Positions 49,340 through 62,018 of a DNA stretch of 64,000 nt are shown here, piece by piece; the first letter of the stretch is position 1, and each line of letters opens with the position of its first letter. The notes beneath the pieces were generated by a model. That model was not told the origin of the DNA. It saw nothing but the letters and a program-made list of their open reading frames with translations, and did no database searches. Position numbers and translations under genes: made by a program. The DNA comes from Candidatus Pampinifervens sinense (GTDB lineage: Bacteria; Aquificota; Aquificia; Aquificales; Aquificaceae): the NCBI GenBank assembly GCA_037927135.1, contig JAXSPP010000002.1, positions 64,001-128,000 on the forward strand, read 5' to 3'.

Positions 49340-50110
49340 ATGCACCCTATCCTTGAAAAGGTAAGGCTATCGGAAGAGGCATGTCTTTTGAAGATAAAGG
49401 CACCACACATAGCCAGTGCAAAGCCAGGGCAGTTTGTTATGGTACAGTACACAGAGCTGTCCGAGCTTATACCCCTTGCCATACTCTCCACCTATGAGGA
49501 GGGCTTTACATGCCTTGTAAAGGCTGTGGGAAGAAGTACCCTTGAACTCATAGAAGAGGCACAGGAGCTAAGATATGTGGCTGGACCTCTCGGAAGGCCC
49601 TTTCCAATAAAGCCCTATGGCAAAGTTGCCTTTTATACACACTCTTGGGGCATCGCACCAGCCCTGATGGTAGCAAGGGCACTAAAGAAGGAGGGAAATC
49701 ATCTTATTCTATTCCACACCTCGGAAGACTTCTACCTTAAGGAGGAAGCCAAAGAGGTCTTTGACGAAGTTTTTCAAGGGAACCCAAAGGCTTTGGATGT
49801 GAACCTGGTGGTCTCTGTGGGTAGCAACAGGCTTTCAAAGGACCTCCTCTCTTTATACCCCCAGACTTCCATAATAAGCATGGTGAACGTGCATATGTTA
49901 GATGCGGTGGGTCTGTGTCTTATTTGCAGGGTTATGGTGGATGGAGAGCAAAGGTTGGCATGTGTGGATGGTCCTTGGTTTGATGCCCATAAGGTAGACT
50001 GGGACAATCTTATAGAGAGAGAAAGGGCTTATGAGGAACAGGAAAGGATAGCCTATGAGGAGTATAGGAAATGGCTTAAAAGGAAGAATTTACAAAACTT
50101 AAGTTTATAA
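49340..50110 (+). CDS. FAD/NAD-binding [2Fe-2S] electron-transfer protein (NfnA/SudB/PyrK family)
   Basis: AKPGQFVM, GPLGRPF, MLDAVGLCLICRV, ACVDGPWFD. Confidence 0.82.
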   Translation: MHPILEKVRLSEEACLLKIKAPHIASAKPGQFVMVQYTELSELIPLAILSTYEEGFTCLVKAVGRSTLELIEEAQELRYVAGPLGRPFPIKPYGKVAFYTHSWGIAPALMVARALKKEGNHLILFHTSEDFYLKEEAKEVFDEVFQGNPKALDVNLVVSVGSNRLSKDLLSLYPQTSIISMVNVHMLDAVGLCLICRVMVDGEQRLACVDGPWFDAHKVDWDNLIERERAYEEQERIAYEEYRKWLKRKNLQNLSL

Positions 50111-50113
50111 TTT

Positions 50114-51926
<1,813 letters not shown>

Positions 51927-51937
51927 GGCTATCTAAA

Positions 51938-52648
51938 TTATATGCAAACTTTATGCCACTCTTTTAAAAGCTCTACCACCTTTTCCACAGTAGGTTTTTC
52001 TGGCATCTGGCTATCCAGGCCAAGCTCCCTATGGATGAATTCCTTTGTAGTTTTGCCAATGGCTATGATCTTTTTATCCCTCAAAAGCCTTGTGGCTTCT
52101 TCCTTTTGCAAGTTTGCAAGAAGGCCCCTCACAGCCGAAGGGCTGGCAAAAAGTATAACATCTGCCCTTTTTAGCCTATCAATAAGCTCTTCCTTTTCAT
52201 ACAACTTCTCTTTGACCCTATAGACATTTATGGGATATACCTCAAGGCCAAGGGCCTTTAAGCCTTCTATTACCTCATCCCTTCCCACCGCAGACCTTGG
52301 AATAAGCACCCTTCCAGAAAGACCTTCAAAGAGCCTTACAATCTCTTCAGCATAGTAATTTTGGGGCATGGCCCAAACCTTATAGCCCAGCTCTTCCACC
52401 GCCTTCTTTGTTTTTTCACCTACCACCACCACCTTTTCACTACCAAGCTTGTACCTTGAAAGGAACACTCTTGCCGCCCTTGGGCTTTGAAAGACTATAA
52501 AATCAAAGTTTAAAGAAGGGACTTCAAAGTTTAGAACCTCCTCCTCTATCAGAGGGAGTTCAATAACCTCAAAGCCACCCTCTTCAAAAAGGCTTCTATC
52601 CCTTTCTATGTCCTCTAAACTCCTTGTAAGGGCCACCTTAATGGCCAT
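51938..52648 (-). CDS. hemD: Uroporphyrinogen-III synthase
   Basis: LTR, FQSPRA, VGEKT, FASPSAV, AIGKTT. Confidence 0.9.
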   Translation of the reverse strand: MAIKVALTRSLEDIERDRSLFEEGGFEVIELPLIEEEVLNFEVPSLNFDFIVFQSPRAARVFLSRYKLGSEKVVVVGEKTKKAVEELGYKVWAMPQNYYAEEIVRLFEGLSGRVLIPRSAVGRDEVIEGLKALGLEVYPINVYRVKEKLYEKEELIDRLKRADVILFASPSAVRGLLANLQKEEATRLLRDKKIIAIGKTTKEFIHRELGLDSQMPEKPTVEKVVELLKEWHKVCI

Positions 52649-52665
52649 ACATTTAATTTAAACCA

Positions 52666-52926
52666 TCAATCATCGTACCAATGGGCATACTTCTTCCAAT
52701 GTTTATGCCCCTTCTTTTCTATTATCACCACCCTCCCGTAGGGAATGTAATAATAAACAGGATAAGGCCTTATCACAATCACATCTGGACCTCTGTCCAC
52801 ATAAACTACCCTCTCCTCAGGGCAGAAGTTATAGCCAAGGCTTATACCAAAGTAGATCTTATCACTGGCTAAGCTTACACCACAAAGTCCAAACAATGTA
52901 GTACAAAGGGCTAGAAATCTCCTCAT
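52666..52926 (-). CDS. Small secreted hypothetical protein (Tyr/Pro/His-rich)
   Basis: Signal peptide and strong RBS GGAGGTGG upstream. Confidence 0.7.
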   Translation of the reverse strand: MRRFLALCTTLFGLCGVSLASDKIYFGISLGYNFCPEERVVYVDRGPDVIVIRPYPVYYYIPYGRVVIIEKKGHKHWKKYAHWYDD

Positions 52927-53004
52927 AGCTTACCACCTCCTTTTTTTAAAAGTTTTTTGCCAAAAACATGAATGGATTATGAAAATTTGCCTTAAAATAT
53001 ACCC

Positions 53005-53523
53005 ATGGCCCTTGTGTTGCCATACAAGGATAAAGAACCTCACATTCACCCTTCTGTCTTCCTTGCTGAAAATGCTGTTATCATAGGTGATGTGGAGATA
53101 GGCGAGGACTCATCCGTTTGGTATGGGGCGGTCATAAGGGGCGATGTGAACTATATACGTATAGGAAAGGGGACAAACATCCAAGACAACTCTGTAGTAC
53201 ATGTCACCCATGATACTCACCCTACCATAATAGGTGATTATGTGACCGTTGGTCATAGGGTCATTTTGCACGGTTGCAAGATAGGCAACTATGTGTTGGT
53301 GGGTATGGGTGCGGTGGTGATGGATGGTGTGGAGATAGAGGACTATGTGCTTGTGGGTGCTGGTGCCCTTCTTACACCGGGCAAGAGGTTTCCCTCTGGT
53401 GTTTTAGTGGCAGGCTTTCCTGCCAAGGTGGTTAGGGATCTAAGGGAGGAGGAGATAAGGCTTATAAAAGAATCTGCGGAGAACTACATAAATTACAAGA
53501 ATACCTATCTTAAAACAAAATGA
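53005..53523 (+). CDS. Gamma carbonic anhydrase-like hexapeptide-repeat protein
   Basis: IRGDVN, NIQDNSVVH, VGHRVILHGC. Confidence 0.92.
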   Translation: MALVLPYKDKEPHIHPSVFLAENAVIIGDVEIGEDSSVWYGAVIRGDVNYIRIGKGTNIQDNSVVHVTHDTHPTIIGDYVTVGHRVILHGCKIGNYVLVGMGAVVMDGVEIEDYVLVGAGALLTPGKRFPSGVLVAGFPAKVVRDLREEEIRLIKESAENYINYKNTYLKTK

Positions 53524-54371
53524 AGGTTATACCGCCGCAGGAGAGGTTTTTCAACTTTGAAGATTCGGAGAAGCTAAAGGAGTTTTTCTTAAAAGCCTGT
53601 GAAGTCTTCAAAGGCTACAGGTTTATCATGCTTCCCTCCCTTGAGATATATAGCGATGAGATCTATGGAGAAAGTCCCTTTATAGTGGGTAGCCTTCAAG
53701 ATGGAAGCATTTTGTGTCTTAGGAGGGATTGGACTGTAAGCCTTGCCCGCTTTTTAAGCCTACAGAGGGACCTTTCCCTTCCCCTTAAGGTCTTCTATTG
53801 GGGAAACGTTTTCTCGCCTGGAGGAAGTTTGGAGAGCTATCAGGTGGGAGTGGAGCTTTTAGGAGATCCTACTGTGGAGGCTGAGGTGGAAGTTCTTCAG
53901 GTCATTGGCGACTACCTCAAGGCCTGTGGTATGGAGGATCTCACCCTTAGCCTGGGACATGTGGCCATAGTGGAGGAGCTACTAAAAAGGTATGGAGAGT
54001 CTTATAGGCAAGCCATACTGGAGAAGAACTTTTCCCTTCTTTCTTCTGTAGAGCCACTGAGGGACCTTTTGCTTGCCAACGGTGGCCCTGAGGTGCTTGA
54101 CTCCTTTGAAAAGAAGTATCCGGAGTTCTCTTCCCATTGTGATAGGCTAAGAGAAGTGGCCAAAAGGCTAAAAGGCTTTAACATCCTCTTTGACCTTTCC
54201 GAAATTAGACCAAAAAGCTACTATACAGGCCTAGTCTTTGAATTTTTCCATCCAAAGGTAGGACAGCCCTTGGCGGGGGGAGGAAGGTACGATGGCCTCT
54301 ATAAGAACCTTGGCAAGGACATATGCGCCTTTGGCGGTGCCATTTACCTTGATCTTCTGTTAGAGGTTTAG
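53520..54371 (+). CDS. hisZ: ATP phosphoribosyltransferase regulatory subunit
   Basis: HisRS-like LRRDWT, YQVGVEL, YYTGLVF, GGGRYD; no anticodon domain. Confidence 0.85.
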   Translation: MKVIPPQERFFNFEDSEKLKEFFLKACEVFKGYRFIMLPSLEIYSDEIYGESPFIVGSLQDGSILCLRRDWTVSLARFLSLQRDLSLPLKVFYWGNVFSPGGSLESYQVGVELLGDPTVEAEVEVLQVIGDYLKACGMEDLTLSLGHVAIVEELLKRYGESYRQAILEKNFSLLSSVEPLRDLLLANGGPEVLDSFEKKYPEFSSHCDRLREVAKRLKGFNILFDLSEIRPKSYYTGLVFEFFHPKVGQPLAGGGRYDGLYKNLGKDICAFGGAIYLDLLLEV

Positions 54372-54387
54372 CTTAAAATATTCCTAC

Positions 54388-55965
54388 ATGCCCTACTATA
54401 TATTTGTCACCGGTGGTGTGCTATCCTCTTTGGGAAAAGGTGTGGCCTCAGCCTCCATAGCCTCCCTCCTTGAAGAACAAGGTCTGAAAGTAAACATACA
54501 AAAGCTGGACCCATATCTTAATGTGGACCCTGGCACCATGAGCCCCTACCAGCATGGAGAGGTCTATGTAACAGAGGATGGAGCGGAAACGGACCTTGAC
54601 CTTGGACACTACGAGAGGTTTACAAACAGGTCTATGACAAAGAAGAACAACGTAACGGCTGGTAGGGTCTACTATAACGTGATACAAAGGGAAAGGGAAG
54701 GTGGCTATCTTGGTGCCACAGTGCAGGTCATTCCCCACATAACCGATGAGATAAAAAGGCTCATAAGGGAGGTGGAAGAGGACTGCCATGTGGTCATAGT
54801 GGAGGTGGGAGGAACAGTAGGAGACATAGAAGGCTTGCCCTTTTTGGAGGCTGTGCGCCAGCTTTCCATGGAGGTGGGAAGGGAAAAGGTGCTTTTTGTC
54901 CATATTACCTACGTGCCTTACATAAAGACTGCGGGAGAGCTAAAGACCAAGCCAACCCAACACTCGGTCAAGGAGCTAAGGGCCATAGGCATACAGCCTG
55001 ACATAATCCTCTGCAGGTCTGAGATGGAAATGCCAGAGAGTATAAAGGAAAAGATTGCCCTATTTACCAACGTCAAAAAGTCCGCCGTCATATCAGCACC
55101 AGATGTGGAGTTCATATACGAGGTTCCTTTGGTCTTCAAAAGGCAAGGACTTGACAGGCTCATAGCCCAACACTTTGGCTTTGAATACAAGGAGGTAAAA
55201 AGCAAGTGGGAGGACATAGTTCAAACCTTGAGGTCTGCAGAAAGGGAGGTAAAGATAGCCCTTGTGGGCAAGTATGTGTCTTTGAAGGATTCTTATAAGA
55301 GCGTGGTTGAGGCGCTTATACATGGTGGCATAGCCAACAGGGCAAGGGTGAGGATAATTTGGGTCAATTCAGAGGATTACGATGAGAAGGTTTTGGAAGA
55401 AGCCCATGGCATACTGGTACCCGGTGGCTTTGGAGAGAGAGGTATAAGTGGAAAGATAAAGGCCTTGAGCTATGGAAGAAAGTCAAAAAAGCCTACCTTT
55501 GGCATATGCTTGGGTATGCAACTTATGTGTGTAGAGTTTGCCAGAAATGTACTTGGGCTAAAAGAGGCCAACTCTACCGAGTTTGACCCCTTTACACCCC
55601 ACCCTGTTATAGACCTAATGGAGGAGCAAAAGAACATAAAAAAGCTTGGTGGCACCATGAGGCTTGGGTCTTACCCATGCAAGCTTATAGAGGGCACAAA
55701 GGCAAGAGAAATCTACAAGCAAGAGCTGATATATGAGAGACACAGGCACAGGTATGAATTTAACAACAAATACAGGGAAATCTTTCAAGAGGCTGGCATG
55801 GTCTTTTCTGGCCTTTCACCCGATGGAAGGCTTGTAGAGATAGTGGAACTAAAAGATCATCCTTGGTATATAGGCTGTCAGTTTCATCCAGAGTTCAAAA
55901 GCAAACCCTTTCAACCCCATCCCCTTTTTGTTTCTTTCATCTCCGCCTGCTTACAAGCTCAATGA
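54388..55965 (+). CDS. pyrG: CTP synthase
   Basis: [31 protein letters not shown]. Confidence 0.98.
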   Translation: MPYYIFVTGGVLSSLGKGVASASIASLLEEQGLKVNIQKLDPYLNVDPGTMSPYQHGEVYVTEDGAETDLDLGHYERFTNRSMTKKNNVTAGRVYYNVIQREREGGYLGATVQVIPHITDEIKRLIREVEEDCHVVIVEVGGTVGDIEGLPFLEAVRQLSMEVGREKVLFVHITYVPYIKTAGELKTKPTQHSVKELRAIGIQPDIILCRSEMEMPESIKEKIALFTNVKKSAVISAPDVEFIYEVPLVFKRQGLDRLIAQHFGFEYKEVKSKWEDIVQTLRSAEREVKIALVGKYVSLKDSYKSVVEALIHGGIANRARVRIIWVNSEDYDEKVLEEAHGILVPGGFGERGISGKIKALSYGRKSKKPTFGICLGMQLMCVEFARNVLGLKEANSTEFDPFTPHPVIDLMEEQKNIKKLGGTMRLGSYPCKLIEGTKAREIYKQELIYERHRHRYEFNNKYREIFQEAGMVFSGLSPDGRLVEIVELKDHPWYIGCQFHPEFKSKPFQPHPLFVSFISACLQAQ

Positions 55966-57082
55966 TCGCTACATCGGGTGGTGAAAAAAGCCTCATGGGA
56001 GGACCTCCTGTGCCTACACCTTTGCTTATATAGATGTAAGATCTTCCAAGCCTATGAAAGCCCCTATCGCTTATAAAAAGCCTTGTTAGAATGAATCTAC
56101 CCACAGGGTAATAGACTCCACCGTGGGTGTGTCCAGAGAGCATAAGGTCAAAGAGCTTTTCGGCTCCTGCTTCTAGCTTTGGCTTGTGCTTCAAGTAGAT
56201 AACAAAGCTTTCCCCTTTTGCCTTTTGAAGAAGTTCCTTGTCCGAAAGCGGGCCTTTACAAGCCCTAAAGAACCTACAGTCATCATCATCTATCCCCACT
56301 AAGCTTATGTTGTAATCCTTAAGATAATACACCTCACCCCTCAAAAGTCTAAAGCCAGCCCTTTTGGTGAAGGCTATGGCTTGGTCTATACCCCTGTAAT
56401 ACTCATGGTTTCCTAAAACGGCATACTTTCCAAGGGGTGGGTCCATCTTAGAGAGGGCATCAGCAAGATAAGCCTTGTTTTGCATGTTTCCATCCACAAG
56501 GTCTCCTGTGGACACAACCATATGGGGCCTCTCCCTTTTATAAACCTCCAGCACAAGCCCTACCTTGTCCATACCCATAAGAGGGCCAAGGTGAAGGTCC
56601 GATATGTGAAGTATTTTTATATGGCCCACATCCTTTGGAAGTTTGACCGTTTCTATAACAAACCTTTCCACCTTTAAGTTAAGGGTTTCATAATAGCTGT
56701 AGGCAGAGAGGCTAAGGGAAAGGAATAAGATAAGGGCTAAGGAAGTCCTTGCAGAGGGTATAGGAAGGGGGTTTATATTGAAAAATCTTTTTGAGATAAA
56801 AACAAAGGCCCTATAAAGGTCAAGGAAAAGGCCAAAAAGGAAAAAGTAAAGAAGAAAGCCCATCCAAAGGAGGCCTATTAAGGCAGTAAGGTGTGCTATG
56901 CTTTGGTCAAGTTTTGCATCCGCATACCTCCAGATAAAGGGGGAGAAAAAGCCCAGTATAAATAAAAAGGCTACGGAAAGCTTTAGGCTTGCACTTTTGA
57001 TAGCAGGCTTTATGATCCTTATGTAAGTATAAAGGTGCATAAGGGCAAAGAAGGATAGAAAGAGTAGAATGAACCATCTCAT
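55937..57082 (-). CDS. Membrane-anchored metallophosphoesterase (YkuE/YaeI-like)
   Basis: N-terminal TMs; [20 protein letters not shown]. Confidence 0.9.
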   Translation of the reverse strand: MRWFILLFLSFFALMHLYTYIRIIKPAIKSASLKLSVAFLFILGFFSPFIWRYADAKLDQSIAHLTALIGLLWMGFLLYFFLFGLFLDLYRAFVFISKRFFNINPLPIPSARTSLALILFLSLSLSAYSYYETLNLKVERFVIETVKLPKDVGHIKILHISDLHLGPLMGMDKVGLVLEVYKRERPHMVVSTGDLVDGNMQNKAYLADALSKMDPPLGKYAVLGNHEYYRGIDQAIAFTKRAGFRLLRGEVYYLKDYNISLVGIDDDDCRFFRACKGPLSDKELLQKAKGESFVIYLKHKPKLEAGAEKLFDLMLSGHTHGGVYYPVGRFILTRLFISDRGFHRLGRSYIYISKGVGTGGPPMRLFSPPDVAIIELVSRRR

Positions 57083-57750
57083 AGGCTTATCTTGTAGCCA
57101 AAGCCCCTCACCGTCTGAATAGCTTTACCTTCCTCACCTAACTTTTCCCTAAGCTTTTTTATATGCACATCCACCGTCCTATCAAAGACATCCCTCTTTA
57201 AGACCTTTTCTATGATGTAATCCCTGCTTACTGGCTTGCCGTAATTCTCAAGAAGGGCTTGAAGGATGAGGAACTCCGTCGGTGTAAGGTCAAGCACCTT
57301 ACTCCCCCTTCTTACCTCCTTCCTTTCAAGGTCTATCTCAAGGCCACCAAGCCTGAATATAGCCTGTCTTTTCTCCTTTCCTGCCCTTCTTAAGACCGCT
57401 TTTACCCTTGCTATAAGCTCCTTAATAGAAAAGGGTTTGGTTATATAATCGTCCGCACCAAGAGAAAAGCCTTTGAGCTTGTCTTGCTCCATATCCCTTG
57501 CTGTTATAAATATAATGGGCACGTATTCTAGCTCAGGGTTGTTTTTTATATGCTGGGCTATCTTAAAACCGTCATAGTCTGGAAGCATCACATCAAGAAG
57601 GATGATGTCTGGGACTTCCAGCTTTAACCTCTCTATGGCACACGTTCCGCGATGACAAACATGAACTTCATACCCCTCCTTTTTAAGATTGTATGCTACA
57701 AGCTCAGCCAAATCCTTATCATCCTCCACCAAAAGCACTTTCAGGCTCAT
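57079..57750 (-). CDS. OmpR/PhoB-family response regulator
   Basis: VEDD, LLDVMLP, DDYITKPF, wHTH RTVDVHI, TVRGFGY. Confidence 0.93.
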   Translation of the reverse strand: MSLKVLLVEDDKDLAELVAYNLKKEGYEVHVCHRGTCAIERLKLEVPDIILLDVMLPDYDGFKIAQHIKNNPELEYVPIIFITARDMEQDKLKGFSLGADDYITKPFSIKELIARVKAVLRRAGKEKRQAIFRLGGLEIDLERKEVRRGSKVLDLTPTEFLILQALLENYGKPVSRDYIIEKVLKRDVFDRTVDVHIKKLREKLGEEGKAIQTVRGFGYKISL

Positions 57751-59582
57751 ATCCTTTTAGGCTTTATCCTTAGTGCTACCTCGTCAGGGTTTATCACATC
57801 ACCCACAGATATGAAAATCTCTTCCACCACACCATCAATGGGACTGTGCACTTCATTCTCCATCTTCATGGCTTCTACTACAAAGAGCACATCGCCTTCT
57901 TTTACTTCTTGTCCTACGTTCACCTTTATATTCACCACCTTTCCAGATATGGGAGATGTTATGTCTCCCATGCCCACAGGCCTTGGTCTCTTCGGCTTTA
58001 CCTCTGTGCCCAAAGCCATCTCTCCATAGGCCGTAGGCACCTGCTCCACCTCCCTGAGGGGCTTTAGCATAACCTCCTCCAGCTTCCCATCCAACCTTAT
58101 GAAGAAAGTTCTTCCTTCTGGAGTGGGTTCACCCCTTCCCGCTATCTGCACATGGTACTGCTCACCATGAACAGTGATTATAAACTCCACAGGTATGTTT
58201 TCCTTCTTCTCTTCAATCAGCTCTTCAGGAGGTAGCTTTTCTCCCTTCTCCCTGAATTCAAAGAACTCCTTGGCCACCAAAGGAAAGAGTGCATAAGAAA
58301 GGATATCCTCTTCGCTTTTTGCTCCAGCCCTTATGGCCTCCTCCCTTATGCTTGGTAGTTCTGGCTTTAAAAGGTCCGCTGGCCTTATATGATATATAGG
58401 CTCTTCATCCCCTAATATCTTCCTTATTATCTCCTCCGATATGGGTGCTGGAGGTCTTCCGTATAAGCCCTTTACATAGTCCTTTGTTTCCTTTGTTACC
58501 ACCTTATACCTTTCCCCATGGACCACATTAAGAAAGGCCTGAGAGCCCACTATCTGGCTTGTGGGTGTTACCAAGGGTGGGTAGCCAAGGTCCTCCCTTA
58601 CCCTTACTACTTCTTCTAGCACTTCCGGAAGCTTGTCTTCCATACCCTGTTCCTTTAACTGACTTATAAAGTTGGTTATCATACCACCGGGCACTTGGTG
58701 CAAGAGGACACCTACATCTGGATAGGGTGGTAGTACATCGTACTTTTTGTACTTTTTCCTTATGTTTACAAAAAGGTCTCCAGCCTTTTGGTAGAGCTTT
58801 TCATCTACCTTTATCTCATAGCCGAACTCCCTAAGGGTGTAGATCATGGTCTCACCTGGCGGATGGGAAGTCTGACATGACAGGCTATAAAAGACCGTAT
58901 CTATCATATCTGCACCAGCCTCTATACCCTTTAGCTGGGCCATCTGGGCAAGGCCTGCTGTGGTCTGGGTATGAAGATGAACGGGGTAGTTGGGAAATTC
59001 AGATTTGAGGGCCTTTACCAAGTCATAACATACTTTTGGAGACAAAAGACCTGCTTGGTCCTTTATGGATATTATATCTATGCCCATATCTACAAGCTCT
59101 CTCGCTATGTTCACATAATACTCTATAGTGTGAACGGGGCTTATGGTGTAGGAAAGAACACCCTTGACTATGGCACCTAGCTTTTTCGCCGTTTCTATAG
59201 ACTTTCTCATATTCCTTGTGTCGTTGAGGGCATCAAAGATTCTAAAAACTTCTATGCCGTTGTCATAGGCCCTCTTTATAAACTCCTCCACCACGTCATC
59301 TGGATAGTGTCTGTAGCCTACCACATTCTGGCCCCTTAAGAGCATCTCAAGTCTAGTATTTGGTGCATGCTTTTTAAAGAGTCTGAGCCTCTCCCAAGGG
59401 TCTTCTTTTAAATACCTCAGGCACACATCAAAGGTGGCACCACCCCAAACCTCCAAGGACCAAAAGCCACATTTATCAAGGATCTCTATTATGGGGAGCA
59501 TATCCTCTGTGCGCACCCTTGTGGCAAGCAAAGATTGTATGCCGTCCCTCAAGGACACATCGGTTATAAGAATTTCCCTCAT
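57747..59582 (-). CDS. pycB: Pyruvate carboxylase carboxyltransferase/biotin-carrier subunit (PycB/OadA-like)
   Basis: LRDGIQSL, EVWGGATFD, FRIFDALND, VTPTSQIVG, biotin site EAMKM. Confidence 0.85.
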   Translation of the reverse strand: MREILITDVSLRDGIQSLLATRVRTEDMLPIIEILDKCGFWSLEVWGGATFDVCLRYLKEDPWERLRLFKKHAPNTRLEMLLRGQNVVGYRHYPDDVVEEFIKRAYDNGIEVFRIFDALNDTRNMRKSIETAKKLGAIVKGVLSYTISPVHTIEYYVNIARELVDMGIDIISIKDQAGLLSPKVCYDLVKALKSEFPNYPVHLHTQTTAGLAQMAQLKGIEAGADMIDTVFYSLSCQTSHPPGETMIYTLREFGYEIKVDEKLYQKAGDLFVNIRKKYKKYDVLPPYPDVGVLLHQVPGGMITNFISQLKEQGMEDKLPEVLEEVVRVREDLGYPPLVTPTSQIVGSQAFLNVVHGERYKVVTKETKDYVKGLYGRPPAPISEEIIRKILGDEEPIYHIRPADLLKPELPSIREEAIRAGAKSEEDILSYALFPLVAKEFFEFREKGEKLPPEELIEEKKENIPVEFIITVHGEQYHVQIAGRGEPTPEGRTFFIRLDGKLEEVMLKPLREVEQVPTAYGEMALGTEVKPKRPRPVGMGDITSPISGKVVNIKVNVGQEVKEGDVLFVVEAMKMENEVHSPIDGVVEEIFISVGDVINPDEVALRIKPKRI

Positions 59583-59591
59583 GAGTGAAAA

Positions 59592-60518
59592 TTATAACAT
59601 TCCAAAGTGGTCAAAGCCTGTAGGTTCAAGGGGCCTATCATCCAGATACACACCCTCACCCTCTTCCACAAAGCCTATATGGGTCATGCTTAAAAAGGGG
59701 TTTATTCTCTCTAAAGGATGGGTAAAAAGAAGCTCATAGTCCTCTCCACCGGAAAGGGCATACTCAAGGGGGTCCTTGCCATGCTTTTTACAAAAGGTTA
59801 AAAGCTCTTTAGATAGGGGTATCTTTTCGGAAAGTAGCCTTAGCCTTACAGAACTAGCTCTAGCAAGTTTTAGAGCATCGGAAGAGAGACCATCGCTTAT
59901 GTCCATGCTGGCCGTAGCATACTTGGATATATGCTTTACAAAATCAATCCTTGCAGTAGGCCTTAGATGTTTTTCTATAAGCCTTAGCTCAAAGTCTTCA
60001 TAGCTTTTCTTATCCATAAGCAGTAGTTCAAGCCCAGCCTTTGAATCTCCAAGGGTTCCAGAAACGAACACTCCATCACCTACCTTTGCTCCCCTCCTCC
60101 CTACAAACCTATCCGCCTTTCCTACCATAAAAACATCAATGCATAGCTTTTCACCCTTGCTCACATTTCCACCTACCACCTCACAGCCGTAAAACTCACA
60201 AGCCCTTTTTATACCAACATAGACCTCCTCTATATACCTTACTTCCATATCAGGTAGCACTAAAGAAACAAGGGCATAAAGGGGTGTTCCACCGTTTGCC
60301 ACCACATCGCTCACATTGACCGATATGGCCTTCCAGCCTATGGTAGATGGTGGATAATTTAGCTTGAAATGCCTGTCTTGTAAAAGCACATCACATGTAA
60401 GTAGCAGTATAGAATCCTTCAATCTTATAGGTGCAGTATCATCTCCTATAACCTGGCTCTGAAGTATATCCTTTAGCCTTTCTATAAGCCCAAACTCACC
60501 TATATGGGATATCTTCAT
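59592..60518 (-). CDS. thiL: Thiamine-monophosphate kinase
   Basis: GEFGLI, GDD, NVSDV.A.GG, DISDGL, GGEDYEL. Confidence 0.95.
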   Translation of the reverse strand: MKISHIGEFGLIERLKDILQSQVIGDDTAPIRLKDSILLLTCDVLLQDRHFKLNYPPSTIGWKAISVNVSDVVANGGTPLYALVSLVLPDMEVRYIEEVYVGIKRACEFYGCEVVGGNVSKGEKLCIDVFMVGKADRFVGRRGAKVGDGVFVSGTLGDSKAGLELLLMDKKSYEDFELRLIEKHLRPTARIDFVKHISKYATASMDISDGLSSDALKLARASSVRLRLLSEKIPLSKELLTFCKKHGKDPLEYALSGGEDYELLFTHPLERINPFLSMTHIGFVEEGEGVYLDDRPLEPTGFDHFGML

Positions 60519-60757
60519 TCTGTAAATATCTGACCTTCAATAGGCTGTACCATAACACCCTTCTCTTCAATAAACTTCACAGCCCTTTCAATCTCTTCCG
60601 CATCACCATCTATCTCAACAGTCAGTATTCCCGTATCCTTTGTAACCTTTGCCGTTCTTATATTTACTATCACATCAAAGTTTTTACATACCATGCAAAG
60701 GATGGGCTCCTTTACCTTATCCTCTGGGTATATAAGTTGAAGCCTTATTACATTCAT
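60515..60757 (-). CDS. NIL-domain small protein
   Basis: YP...VKEPI, VNIRTAKV, GILTVEIDG; start at ATG 60757. Confidence 0.8.
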   Translation of the reverse strand: MNVIRLQLIYPEDKVKEPILCMVCKNFDVIVNIRTAKVTKDTGILTVEIDGDAEEIERAVKFIEEKGVMVQPIEGQIFTE

Positions 60758-60770
60758 GGCAATGATTATA

Positions 60771-62018
60771 TCAAACTTTAAGGATGTACTCGGCCTTTTC
60801 AATAGCTTCCTTAGCTATCTGCACCAGTATTTCCCTGTCTATTCCAGTTAATTTTTCCAGGTTTATAACTATATCATTCTTTGTAGGATCTTGTGCTTGC
60901 AAAACCTCAGGAAATTTCTCTTCAATATAAATAGCATGATTTAATATGCTTCTTAACTCAGGATTTTTGCCGGTAAATCCATCTATTATCTCCTGCTTTA
61001 TCCTTATCTCCTTCAAGAAGCTGATCTTATCCACCTTAAGTATCTCGTCTATCAGTGAGAAAAGACCTAGAAGATATGCATCCGATTCATATGGGGGCTT
61101 TATCATCTGTGCTATCCTTTGGGCCACCATAGCCCTTATTAATGATTTTCTCCAAAGCTCTGGATCTTCCACAGACATATAATCGTTCATAGCCAAAACT
61201 AAAAGGAAGTTCTTTAGATTCTTTAGACCTAGCATGGCGCACGCTTGTTCCACACTCCTTATCTCCTTTATAGGAGAATAGTATGCGGAGTTTACAAGCC
61301 TGAGAATCTTGGCCGTCATACCCATGTCGGTGGCTATGACCTCAGCAACCTCCCTTGGGCTTTCGGCTGTGTAAAGCAAAGCTATAAGCTTAAGTAAGGT
61401 GTTTTTAAGATAAGGGGCCGTATGAAACTCTTTCAAAATAAGCGGTTCTTCTAGGTATTTGCCTTGAAATAGATCTCCCACAGATAAAGCCTTTTTATAT
61501 TCCTTTTCGTTCTCTATCTTTGAAACCAAAAGGAGCTTTCCCTTCCCTTTTGCCAAATCAACTACCTTTTGGCTGAGCCTATCTTTGTCCACAGAAACTA
61601 TGTCTACCTTATCAATGAGCTTTGCCATCTTCTCATTTTCTAAAGACCTCTCGTTTATGCTAAACATTACCCCCTGCTCCTTATACCTGTCTATAGCACT
61701 CAACGTTTGCTTGTATACTACCTCTCCAACAGGTATTTGAGGTTCTATTATCTCTATAATGAGCCTTTTAGGATCAAGGGATTCTATAGCCCTGTTGATA
61801 AGGGAGTCAAGGGATACGTTGATCATAATCTTTTTACCCTCGCCTACCCTGTCTATACCCTGTTCAAGGATGATCTCTATGACGATGTAAGTGGCCCTAC
61901 TGTATGGCACCTCTTTGGGGTATTCATAAAAGTTGTCCCTTTTTCTCAAAAAAACCTCAAAGGCAACCTTCCTCCCTTCCTTATTGAATATGGGTTGCTT
62001 TGCTATAAGGAAGCTCAT
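60771..62018 (-). CDS. Degenerate EAL plus HDOD domain protein (YuxH/PdeH-like)
   Basis: [44 protein letters not shown]. Confidence 0.82.
   Translation of the reverse strand: MSFLIAKQPIFNKEGRKVAFEVFLRKRDNFYEYPKEVPYSRATYIVIEIILEQGIDRVGEGKKIMINVSLDSLINRAIESLDPKRLIIEIIEPQIPVGEVVYKQTLSAIDRYKEQGVMFSINERSLENEKMAKLIDKVDIVSVDKDRLSQKVVDLAKGKGKLLLVSKIENEKEYKKALSVGDLFQGKYLEEPLILKEFHTAPYLKNTLLKLIALLYTAESPREVAEVIATDMGMTAKILRLVNSAYYSPIKEIRSVEQACAMLGLKNLKNFLLVLAMNDYMSVEDPELWRKSLIRAMVAQRIAQMIKPPYESDAYLLGLFSLIDEILKVDKISFLKEIRIKQEIIDGFTGKNPELRSILNHAIYIEEKFPEVLQAQDPTKNDIVINLEKLTGIDREILVQIAKEAIEKAEYILKV

Noticed and set aside
57747-59582. 2-oxoglutarate carboxylase large subunit (cfiA)
   Set aside because: RDGIQSLLATR fits the pyruvate-type enzymes better than the CfiA sequence as I recall it; a phylogeny is needed to be sure
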